Origin: Planctomycetota bacterium
GTDB lineage: Bacteria > Planctomycetota > UBA8742 > JACQVU01 > JANLHZ01
Assembly (NCBI GenBank): GCA_024653775.1
Contig: JANLHZ010000106.1
Coordinates: 1-60,377 of the forward strand
Direction: 5' to 3'
DNA length: 60,377 nt
Shown: positions 40,039 to 49,600 of the stretch, one piece after another
Position numbering within the stretch: the first letter of the stretch is position 1
Layout of the letters: each line of letters starts with the position of its first letter
Translations under genes and position numbers: made by a program
The notes under the pieces: model-generated
Told to the model about the DNA's origin: nothing
Database searches by the model: none
What the model saw: only the letters and a program-made list of their open reading frames with translations

Positions 40039-40494
40039 TCAGGAAAGCACAACTGCGACGACATACGCGGTGGCGTCACCCGTGGTAAGTTCATCCACAT
40101 TCTGATCGGAGGCAATTTCGAACATAAGCGTCCCGCCGCCAAAGTCTATGGGAGTTTGCGATCCGTCGAATTGCGGTCCCGGCGAGGTATTTTTCAGTCC
40201 AGTCGAAACGCCTAACAGCGGCTCGCCGTTTACGAACTGCTTTCCAGCGACGCCGACGGCTCCCACGACGAAAGTTGCCGTGGTTCCGGTGAATGCCTCG
40301 TCGAGCTGAATCCACGCCGCGATTACGAAACTGAGCGGAGGCAGAGTCCCGAAGTTGAACGACTGGTTAGGCAAGCTTGCGGTAAGATCAGAAGTTGTGA
40401 CGCGTCTGCTGTATATCTGTCCTATGCGCAGATCCCGCATTACTTCAGGTCCGCCGCTGGTTCCGAATACGGGAATGTTTCCGACAAAAGTCAT
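40039..40494 (-). CDS. Probable single jelly-roll penton / spike-base / cement-type protein
   Basis: FGTLPPLSFVIAAWIQLDEAFTGTTATFVVG...TGDATAYVV pattern, typical of phage single jelly-roll structural proteins; GGAG RBS. Confidence 0.55.
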   Translation of the reverse strand: MTFVGNIPVFGTSGGPEVMRDLRIGQIYSRRVTTSDLTASLPNQSFNFGTLPPLSFVIAAWIQLDEAFTGTTATFVVGAVGVAGKQFVNGEPLLGVSTGLKNTSPGPQFDGSQTPIDFGGGTLMFEIASDQNVDELTTGDATAYVVAVVLS

Positions 40495-40605
40495 ACTGGC
40501 TCCGTGAAATCGCGTTCGTTAATACGGAGTAGTTTGCCTATCTGAAAAAATCAGCGCCAGTATTTTCGGTCTTATCTTCGATTTGTGATAAAGTTCACGC
40601 GATTA

Positions 40606-40721
40606 GGACGTTCCTCGTCCGGTTCCACGAACCCGTGTGGGCGATAACCCCCGGCCAGGCCGCGGTCGTCTACGACGAAGACGTCGTCCTCGGCGGCGGG
40701 TTCATCGACCGCGTGTACTGA
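40606..40721 (+). repeat. Right attachment-like direct repeat (displaced mnmA 3' end)
   Basis: Duplicate of the last 37 mnmA codons plus stop; three mismatches, all synonymous. Confidence 0.95.
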
Positions 40722-40783
40722 CCCGCGCGCGACATTTTCGTTAACCGTTTATCTCGCTCTGCAAAAATTCTAATCTTCGAGAG

Positions 40784-42013
40784 ATGAAAGCAACCGGACT
40801 ACTCTGGATCGGACCTCTATACGACCGCGGCGGCTACGGAAACGTCGCGCGGAACTTCATTCTCGGACTCTACGCCCTCGGCTATCCGGTGCGAACATTC
40901 AACCACGGTCCCATGCACGCCGAGATCCCCGCTGATCTCTTCGCGCTGATGAAGAAGCTCGAAACCGCCGACATCGGCGACTTCCCGGTCGTATGCATAC
41001 ACGCCCTCCCCGACTGCGTGGAGCTGTTCTCGATCAAAGGCGCGGCGATGGTCGCAAACTGCACCATCTTCGAAACTGATCGCGTTCCCTCCGTCTGGCC
41101 TGAGTTTTTGAATCTATACGACGAAATCTGGGTGCCTTCGCAGTTCAACGTCGAAACCTTCTCTTCGAGCGGCGTCGAAAAACGTCTGCTCGTAAAAGTG
41201 CCGTACGGAATGGACACGCACTTCTTCAGTCCGGAGCACCGCAAAGCCGGGTCGAAAAGATTTCCGGGGTTCACGTTTCTGTACTGCTTCGCGTTCGGAT
41301 GGCGCAAGGGCTTCGACCTGCTGCTACAGGCCTACCGCGAGGAATTCACAGCCGCGGACGACGTGACTCTTGTGCTCAAGGTCTACGCCTCGACCGAGGA
41401 ACAGAAAACGAAAATGCGTGCCCTGATGACGGACGAGTTCACCCGCGGTTTCAAAGGCAATCCCGCGATGCTCCCGCGGCTCGAGATTCTCGATCACGCG
41501 GTGAGTCAGGAGGAGCTGCGCGACCTCTACTCAGCGTGCGACGTGTACATTTCAACCGACCGCGCGAACGGCTGGGGGATGCCCTGCATGGAATGTATGT
41601 CGATGGGGATTCCTTCCGCGACGATCGACTGGAGCGGCAGCACCGAGTTCATGCTCGATGACAACTCGATCCTGATCCCTCCGGAGAGCGAACTCGAGCC
41701 GGTGGACCAAAGGCTCCAGGATTCGGACCCGCGACTCTACGAAGGGCACAAGTGGCGTAAGGTGAAGGTCAAAAGCGTCAGGTCCGCCATGCGACGCGCC
41801 TTCGAGATGGACCCCGCGGAACTCGACGAACTCGGCATGCGCGGCTGCGCGCACATTCAGACGGAATTCTCTCTCACCGCCGCGGCGGAGAAGCTCGTGA
41901 AGCATATCGAATCTCTCGACTTCCCGGACTCGAAACGCTCGGGTTTCAGGCTCAGGACGCGAAACCGCGTCGAACGCAAGCTACGAAAAATCTTCGGCGC
42001 GAAACCGCTGTGA
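40784..42013 (+). CDS. GT4-family glycosyltransferase
   Basis: GGYGNVARN, TIFETD, DEIWVPSQFN, RKGFDLLL, GWGMPCME. Confidence 0.88.
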   Translation: MKATGLLWIGPLYDRGGYGNVARNFILGLYALGYPVRTFNHGPMHAEIPADLFALMKKLETADIGDFPVVCIHALPDCVELFSIKGAAMVANCTIFETDRVPSVWPEFLNLYDEIWVPSQFNVETFSSSGVEKRLLVKVPYGMDTHFFSPEHRKAGSKRFPGFTFLYCFAFGWRKGFDLLLQAYREEFTAADDVTLVLKVYASTEEQKTKMRALMTDEFTRGFKGNPAMLPRLEILDHAVSQEELRDLYSACDVYISTDRANGWGMPCMECMSMGIPSATIDWSGSTEFMLDDNSILIPPESELEPVDQRLQDSDPRLYEGHKWRKVKVKSVRSAMRRAFEMDPAELDELGMRGCAHIQTEFSLTAAAEKLVKHIESLDFPDSKRSGFRLRTRNRVERKLRKIFGAKPL

Positions 42014-42027
42014 AGTCAGCGGTCGGT

Positions 42028-42470
42028 TAATAGTGTTCGGCACGATTGGCGCTGAACACTATTGGTTCGTTCCAGAAAACCCGGCTGCGGGTTTTACTCG
42101 ACGCTCACGCCAAAATTGGAGCGCAAGCATTCATGCCCGCAAAACTATGTGTTTTATACTCTAGTAACTACTAATGTAATTCATAATGAATTGTATTAGT
42201 AGTTACGATATAAATTTACAATTATATCGTTAATCAATACTAATTCCTATTATTTTCATCGAATACAGAATAACAAGAATATCGTCCGAACGCAAACATC
42301 TTTTCATCAACTTTCTATCGTGCTGGTCACTGTGAACTTCCTGCATGTCGGGTATCATTATCTTCGAGACATGATGGCACTTTGATGTAATCACGTCAGA
42401 ATTGGCAGGCAATCCCGAACAAAACGCTGGCGACAAAATTCACCGCAGGAGGCGTGCCGAACACTATTGG
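42028..42470. mobile_element. Non-autonomous IS/MITE remnant with a 16-bp TIR and target-site duplication
   Basis: AATAGTGTTCGGCACG (42029-42044) / CGTGCCGAACACTATT (42453-42468); direct repeat GCGGTCGGT at 42019-42027 and 42471-42479. Confidence 0.75.
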
Positions 42471-42598
42471 GCGGTCGGTAGTCAATAGTCGGATTTGGAG
42501 TGCAACGCGTAAGCGTTGCTTTCGATTTCCGCTCCGCTTACGCGAAGCGATCCAAAGCTGAACTTACGTTCAGCACTCCAAGGGAATTCCTAATTTTC

Positions 42599-44875
42599 CT
42601 AAAGGGCATCCTCGTAAACGCGGTCGATCTTCTCGCGTTTGTATGCCTGTATGCGATCGCGTGGACGGAGCTGATCGAAGCCGTGGATTTTGATGCCGCA
42701 TTCGAGGCCTTCGCGGACTTCGCGGACGTCGTCCTTGAAGCGCTTGAGGCTGTCGATGCCGCGATCGTCCACGACGACGATGCCCTCGCGCACGACGCGG
42801 ATCAGACTCGAGCGCTCGATGATTCCGGAGACGACTTTCGACCCGGCGACGTTTCCCGCCTTCGGAATCTTGATGACCTGAAGCACCTCGGCTTCGCCCG
42901 TGACTTTCTCGACCTCCCGCGGCTTAAGCTTACCCGCGATTGCGAGTTTTATGTCGCTGATCATCTCGTAGATGATCTTGTAGGTGCGGATTTCGACGCT
43001 GTGCTCCCTCGCGAGCTGTCTTGCCCGCTGGCCGGCAACGGTGTGGAACCCGAAGATCACCGCGCCAGACGCGTCCGCGAGGTTGACGTCCGCCTCGGTG
43101 ATCCCGCCAACCGCGGCGTAGATGATCTTCACCGCGACCTCGCGCACCTCAAGCTCCTCGATCGCGCCGCGGAGGGTTTCGATGTTGCCCTGCACGTCGG
43201 CCTTTATGATGATCTTCAGTTCCTCCTTCCCGAGCGCGGCGAAACTTTCAAGCATCGACCGCTTCTCGCTCGCGAGAAGTTCCTTCTTTTTTCTGTCGGA
43301 GCGCTTCGACGCGAGCGTCGCGGCGCGCTCGAGGCTGTCGAGCACGAAGAACTTGTCTCCCGCGAAGGGAACGTTGCCGAGGCCGAGAACCTCGACCGGC
43401 GACGACGGCGGCGCGGACTCGACGCTTTCTCCAAGATCGTTTATGAGCGCGCGTACCCTTCCGGAGGTCGTACCGGCGAGGATGATGTCGCCTTTATGGA
43501 TGGTTCCGTTCGTAACGAGTATTCGCGCGACGATGCCGCGTTCGACGTCGCGCTCAGCCTCCAGAACGAAGCCCTGCGCCGGACGATTCGGATTCGCGCG
43601 GAAGTTGTGAAGCTCCGCTTCGGTGAGAATCGTGTCGAGGAGGAGGTCGAGACCTTCCTTCGTGTGAGCGCTAACCGGAATGCACTCGATGTCGCCACCC
43701 CAGTCCGCGGGGACGAGGCCGTTCTGGGAAAGCTCGCTCTTGGCGCGGTCGAGGTTCGCTTCGGGTTTGTCGATTTTGTTCAGCGCAACGACGATCGGGA
43801 CTCCTGCCTCCTTCGCGTGGGCGATGGCTTCCTTCGTCTGCGGCTTGACGCCGTCGTCTGCGGCGACGACGAGGATGACGATGTCCGTCGTCCGCGCCCC
43901 GCGGGCGCGCATCGATGTGAACGCCTCGTGACCCGGAGTATCGAGGATGACCACGGATCCCTTCGTCGTGTTGACCCAGTACGCGCTGAAATGCTGCGTG
44001 ATTCCGCCCGCCTCGCCCGACGCGACGTTCGCGTGGCGGATCGCATCGATGAGGCTGGTCTTTCCGTGGTCGACGTGGCCCAGGAACGCGATCACCGGAG
44101 GCCTCGTAACGAGCTGCGATTCGTCCTCTTCCGCGTCGAGTTCGTCCGCAAGCTCCTCCTCGAGGTCTTTCGGCCTTTTGAATTTGACCTCCTTGCCGAA
44201 GTCCATCGCTATCAGCCCGACTTCGTCCTCGTCGAGGACGTCGTTGATCCGCGCGGCTTTCCCGTGGGAGAAAAGCTTGCGGATGATGTCTGGCACCTTG
44301 ATTCCGACAAGCTGCGAAAACTCCTTCACGGTTACGGGAAGCTCCACTTCGTACGCCTTCTCGCGCTCGATCGGAATGGCGGGCAGCGTGCGCGTCCCGG
44401 CTTTCAGTTCCTTCACCTGCTTCTGCTTCGGACCCTTCGCCTTCTCCTCGGCCCGGGGGGTCGACTGGACCTGCTTCTGCATCGCGGCCTGTCGCTGCTC
44501 CTGCAGAGTCATAGGCGAGCCGCGGGACTTGAGGAGCTTCTCCTTGAAGCTCTTCGTGGCTTTGCGGGTCTCCTCTTCACGCGGGGAGACCTGCTCTTTC
44601 TTGTCCGTTTTCTGCCCGTGCCTCTCTTCCTTCTTCTTTTCTTTCTGCGCGCCGTCCTTGCCGACCTGAGGCTTCGGCGCGGCGGGCTTTATCAGTCCCT
44701 GTTTAACTCGATACGCCGTCCGTATGTGAAGAACGTGCATATCGGAAACCTGACTTAAATGATCTTCCGCCTTCAGTCCGAGTCCTCGGGCGATCTTTAT
44801 AATGTCTACGCTCTTGGCTCCAAGTTCGTAGGCGAGTTCGAAAATCCGGTTTTGCACCAGTTCTCCCGTTTTCAA
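42599..44875 (-). CDS. infB: Translation initiation factor IF-2
   Basis: RPPVIAFLGHVDHGKTS, GEAGGITQH, DTPGHEAF, NKID, GLECGI. Confidence 0.97.
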   Translation of the reverse strand: MKTGELVQNRIFELAYELGAKSVDIIKIARGLGLKAEDHLSQVSDMHVLHIRTAYRVKQGLIKPAAPKPQVGKDGAQKEKKKEERHGQKTDKKEQVSPREEETRKATKSFKEKLLKSRGSPMTLQEQRQAAMQKQVQSTPRAEEKAKGPKQKQVKELKAGTRTLPAIPIEREKAYEVELPVTVKEFSQLVGIKVPDIIRKLFSHGKAARINDVLDEDEVGLIAMDFGKEVKFKRPKDLEEELADELDAEEDESQLVTRPPVIAFLGHVDHGKTSLIDAIRHANVASGEAGGITQHFSAYWVNTTKGSVVILDTPGHEAFTSMRARGARTTDIVILVVAADDGVKPQTKEAIAHAKEAGVPIVVALNKIDKPEANLDRAKSELSQNGLVPADWGGDIECIPVSAHTKEGLDLLLDTILTEAELHNFRANPNRPAQGFVLEAERDVERGIVARILVTNGTIHKGDIILAGTTSGRVRALINDLGESVESAPPSSPVEVLGLGNVPFAGDKFFVLDSLERAATLASKRSDRKKKELLASEKRSMLESFAALGKEELKIIIKADVQGNIETLRGAIEELEVREVAVKIIYAAVGGITEADVNLADASGAVIFGFHTVAGQRARQLAREHSVEIRTYKIIYEMISDIKLAIAGKLKPREVEKVTGEAEVLQVIKIPKAGNVAGSKVVSGIIERSSLIRVVREGIVVVDDRGIDSLKRFKDDVREVREGLECGIKIHGFDQLRPRDRIQAYKREKIDRVYEDAL

Positions 44876-44951
44876 AAGTATTGTTTCAAACCATATTACA
44901 TACCGCGTATACCCCTGGTTTCAGGTGACTTAGAAAAATTACCCACCGAAG

Positions 44952-46385
44952 TCAGCTCTCCTCCCTCCCGTCAGGTGATTCTTCAACCGCGTCGGGAACC
45001 TGCTCCGCGGAATCCTGTGATTCCTGGACTGGCGCGGGTTCTTCCGCCGGGGGATTTTCGCCGAAAATTCTCGCTCGCATGGCTTTTTCGTCGTCTGTGA
45101 GCTGGATTTCCCTCTTATCCTTGTCCTTCATTCCGGAGGTCAGAGAAGCCTTGAGCGAACTCTCTTCCTTCTCCGCGTCGGTCTGAAGCTCGTCGATAGC
45201 GATCTTTTCGAACTCCTCCTTGCCCTTCGCCTTAAGCTGGGCGAGATCGGTCTGCGAAAGGAATTCATAGATCGCCTGCGCGGATTCGTCCGTGAGTCCG
45301 GGAACCTTCGCGAGAGTTTCCACATGGCCCGCCAGAATGTCCTCGAAGGTTTCGTAACCGAACGCGATAAGCGCCTTGGCGAGTTCCTCGCCGCAGCCGG
45401 GAATCTGCATCATGTTGACGCGCATTCTTACGGCGTTTTCCTTCTCCTGGCGTTCCGTCAGTACTTCGATCTCCCACTTCGCAAGCTTCGACGCGAGGCG
45501 GACGTTCTGCCCCCGCTTCCCGATCGCGAGGCTGAACTGATCCTCGGGAACGATCGCCATCGCGCGGCGTTCCTCGGTGTAATAGATGATTCGCGTGATC
45601 TGCGCGGGCTTGAGCGCGTTCGAAATGAAGCTGTCGGGAGATTCGCTCCAGCGGATGATGTCGATCTTCTCGCCGCCAAGCTCGTCGATTATGCTCTTGA
45701 TGCGCGCGCCGCGGACTCCGACGCAGGCGCCTACGCAATCGACCTTCGGATCGTAGCTCGAAACCGCGACCTTCGTCCTCGACCCCGGCTCCCGCTCGAT
45801 TCCCTTGATTTCGATGATTCCCTCGTGAATCTCGGGAACCTCCATCTCGAACAGCTTCCGGACAAGGTCCGGCGAAGTGCGGCTCAGTTCGATGGTCACT
45901 TTCGAGTTATCGAGTCTTACCTCTTTAATAAGGCAGCGAATGCGCTCATTCGTTTTGTAGTATTCTCCGGGGATCTGCTCGCGCTTCGGTAGCTGCGCCT
46001 CCACGTTGTTCGATCCGATGACCACGATGATTTTTCCCGGCTCGATGCGTTCGACCATGCCGGAGATAACCTCGCCCTGGTGTCCGATGTATTCGGCGTA
46101 GACTACGTTGCTCTCCGCCTCCTTGAGTTTCTGTGCAACGATGTGCTTGAAATTCTGCGCCGCGATTCTGCCGAACTCGTCGAGGGACATCGGTTCGCCG
46201 TCGATGAGGGCTTCGATGGCGCCGGTTTCTCGATCGACGCTGACGGAAACCTCTTTTTTCAGGCCGACCTTCTTCTTCGCCGCCGCTTCGAGCGCCTTTG
46301 CGATGGAGTCGAAAATTGACTCGCGGTCGATCTTTTTTTCCCGATGCATGGAATCGACCAATTGTATGATTTGTTCTGGTTTCAC
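44952..46385 (-). CDS. nusA: Transcription termination/antitermination factor NusA
   Basis: FGRIAAQ, REPGSRTKVAV, GACVGVRGARI, SLAIGKRGQNVRLASKL. Confidence 0.97.
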   Translation of the reverse strand: MKPEQIIQLVDSMHREKKIDRESIFDSIAKALEAAAKKKVGLKKEVSVSVDRETGAIEALIDGEPMSLDEFGRIAAQNFKHIVAQKLKEAESNVVYAEYIGHQGEVISGMVERIEPGKIIVVIGSNNVEAQLPKREQIPGEYYKTNERIRCLIKEVRLDNSKVTIELSRTSPDLVRKLFEMEVPEIHEGIIEIKGIEREPGSRTKVAVSSYDPKVDCVGACVGVRGARIKSIIDELGGEKIDIIRWSESPDSFISNALKPAQITRIIYYTEERRAMAIVPEDQFSLAIGKRGQNVRLASKLAKWEIEVLTERQEKENAVRMRVNMMQIPGCGEELAKALIAFGYETFEDILAGHVETLAKVPGLTDESAQAIYEFLSQTDLAQLKAKGKEEFEKIAIDELQTDAEKEESSLKASLTSGMKDKDKREIQLTDDEKAMRARIFGENPPAEEPAPVQESQDSAEQVPDAVEESPDGREES

Positions 46386-46658
46386 TTTTCTTCCCGCTTC
46401 ATCTGGATTTTATTTACAGGCGCAGATTTTGTTACTCAAAAACCAACATGTCAACCTAATTGTGTTTCTATCAGAAAACAGGGCAAATAGGCGATTTCAG
46501 GGCATTTAGCCGCTGGAAGGAAATTTGCACCTTGTAATTTCCGGACCTTCGGGTATTAGTATTGGAAATAGAGTTTCCGCCACCCTCCCGTCGTGGCTAC
46601 AATATAGCCACGCCCGGGGGTTCAGAGTCTATTCACCCAGACTCTTATAACACCTGCC

Positions 46659-49600
46659 ATGAAACACAGCTTCATAATTGAAGAAAAGGGAAAGAAAAGG
46701 AAATGGAAGTTTCCCGAAGGCAGCCGAAGCGCAACCATCGGCCGGGATCCGTCCAACGACCTTCAGATCCTGGAAATCAAGGCCAGCCGGAAACACTGCG
46801 AGATTTCCACGGACGATGGCGACTCGCTCGTACTGATGGACCTGAAAAGCTCTAACGGGACGAAGCTGAACAATCAGGAGGTCGACCGCGAGGTTCTGAA
46901 GCCAGGCGACGTGATCAAAATAGGGAAGACGAAGATAACGTTCCAGGGTAGGGCGAAGGCGCCAACTTCGGACAACGGCAAAGAGGCTCCGGAAGAAGCC
47001 GACGAGGACATCCCCGAGGCGGTTCCGGCGATGGACGAGGAGGACGAAGAGATTGCGGCGATGCCGACGTTCGCCTTGTCCGATGACGGAGATCAGGGAG
47101 CAGGGAACAGGGAACAGGGGACAGAGGACAGAATTACGATTGAAAGAACCGGCAACGAGCCACTCGCCACTAACCACTCGCCACTGGAGACGCCGGAGAA
47201 AAAGAAAAAGAAGAAGACGAAAGTCGTTCGAGATGAGGACGAGGAATCCGCGAAGGAAAATGAGTCCGGGGAGCCGGAGAATGACGACAAAACGTCGGCG
47301 GACGATTCGCTCGACTCAGTCGGCAAGATCAAACTCCAGGGTGACAATGGCGACAAGAAGAAGGCGGTCGTCGCAAGCCAGCAGAGCAAGAAATATGAAC
47401 TTGTGGGTCGAATCGGCGCGGGCGGAATGTCGAGCATAGTAAAAGTGGAAGACCGCGACCTTATGCGTGTTCTCGCGATGAAGCTTCTGATAGAAGGCAA
47501 CAAGGCGAGCGTGAACCGTGTTTCGAGATTCCAGGCGGAGGCGCAGGTCACGGCTCAGCTCGACCACCCGAATATAGTCCCGATCCACGATCTCGGGATC
47601 GACAGCAAGGGAAGGCCGTTTTTCACGATGAAGCTAGTCTCCGGACTGAGCCTGCTCGACGTGGTCGAACGAATGCAGGATGGCGACGAAGAACTCGCGA
47701 AACGGTTCTCCCAGCGCAGGTTCCTCGGAGTGCTGCTCCAGGTGTGCAACGCGATCAGTTTCTCCCACGCGCGGGGAGTCATCCACCGCGACCTCAAGAA
47801 CTCGAACGTGATGGTCGGCGACTACGGCGAGGTCTACGTGATGGACTGGGGACTCGCGAAAGTTCTTGGCCGGGCGGGAGAGGGCACCGCCACCACCGAG
47901 GATTCGAATTACGTTCTCACGAACCGTCAGACGAAGGACGCGCGTAAATCGAAGGACGGCATCATCGCGGGGACTCCGTCGTATATGTCTCCGGAGCAGG
48001 CTCTCGGTAAGAACGACGAAGTCGACGAACGCACCGACGTCTACTCCCTCGGCGGAATGCTATACGAGTATCTGACGGGCACGCCGCCTTTTCTCGGCGA
48101 CGATCCGAAGAAGGTGATGCTCGACGTGGTGGAGAAAGAGATCGAGCCGCCCGGGGTCCGAAATCCGAAGGCGAAGGTTCCCGCGGAACTGAGCGCGATA
48201 ACGATGAAAGCTCTTTCGAAGGACCGCGAGCTACGGTACGCGTCGGTGAAGGATTTCGCGGAGGACATCTCGAGCTTCCTCGAAGGCAAAAGCGTCAGCG
48301 CGAAGAAGGACAACTTCTTCATGCAGGCGGTCAAGTGGACCCGCAGACACTGGATCATTCCGACGATAGTCGGAGCGGTCGTCGTCACCGCGCTGACGGT
48401 GGTCTTCGTCCTGCTCGGCGCGTTCGAATCGATGTACGATCAGACTCCGGTGGCGAAGGCGCTCTACGAAGAAGGCAAATTTTTCGAGACCCGCGCGGAG
48501 ACGGTGCGCAAGACCGCGCTCGATCTGATCGACCAGACGAAGTTCGAGGAGGCGTTCAAGAAACGCGAGGAGGCGGAAATGCTCTTCGCGCAGGCGATCG
48601 AAAAGTTCGCCGCGACGGCTGCGATAGACTCGCTTTTCAAACGTCAGGCGGAGGAGCGTCTCGATGGACTCCGGGCACAGAAGTCGCAGCTCATCTTCGA
48701 GCAAGCAGAGAAACTCGTCCTTCAGGGAAACGAGTTCAAGAACCTCTACGCGAACATAAGGAACCGCGCCCTGGGCGATCTTCAGAAGCAGGTGTTCCTC
48801 GCCGAGCGCAACGTCCAGGGTTACGAGGATTTTGGCGACGCAGTCAAGCAGGAGGCGATCGAGTTCCGGAGGCAGCTCGCGGACCTCGAAGCCAGGATGG
48901 ACCAGGCGTTCCTGCAAGCGCAGGATCGCTACCTTCGCGCGCTGACCCTCGTTCCCTACGACGAGGAGAACCCGAAGACCGCGGACTTCAGCTCGGCCCT
49001 GGCGAGGCTGTACCTGCTTCGGTTCCGGACCTCGGAGGACAGCGGAAACGATCGCGACGCGCGATACTTCATGGACCTCGTCTCCCACTACGACGTCAAA
49101 GAAGAATTTCAGGCCATCATCGTCGGCGACGCGGAACTCGTCCTGAACGTAGACTCCCGAGGCGAAAACGTCAGCGTCACCATCGGAAAGCTGAACACGA
49201 GCGCGTTCCGCTTCGACTTTTCGGAACATCAGGTCGAGAACCATCCCGATGGTTTCGTCATCGCGGACGCTTCGAAGCTCGAAAGCGGAATGTATTCGCT
49301 CGCGCCGCCTTACGCGGGGAAGAGGGTTTCGCTTCCGATGGGAAGCTACATGCTCTACGTTACGCCGGAGGATGGAAGCACGCTGATGCCTCTGCAGACG
49401 AATTTCATAATCGGACGAGGCAGACCGGCGACACTGGACCTGAAAATGTATTCGCGCTCAGAGACGCCGCCTGGGTGCGCGCTCGTATCTTCGGGGAAGA
49501 TGCTCCGCGAAAACGAGGCGACTAACGTGCTTCAGGAAACGAATTCCATAGACAGCTTCTTCATTGGCATAAACGAGGTGAGCCTCGCGGAGTATCTCGA

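Larger units (their letters stand above)
36591..40721 (-). mobile_element. Genomic island in the mnmA 3' end encoding jelly-roll capsid-like proteins and a lysozyme-like protein with its partner
   Basis: Flanking 116-bp direct repeat, visibly lower GC, five co-oriented minus-strand ORFs, no integrase. Confidence 0.85.

Noticed and set aside
36766-40494. Complete inducible prophage
   Set aside because: Too small, and no recognisable integrase, repressor, replication or packaging genes
36591-40721. 116-bp repeat pair as a diversity-generating retroelement TR/VR
   Set aside because: No reverse transcriptase is present. The mismatches are synonymous, include a G/C change, and the adenines are in the gene copy rather than the putative template. 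An attachment-site duplication fits better.
42500-44758. 752-aa plus-strand ORF, and other long shadow ORFs such as 12700-14004, 5699-6892 and 57829-59079
   Set aside because: They are antisense to well-supported genes (infB etc.), as expected from codon bias in GC-rich DNA, and carry no recognisable motifs
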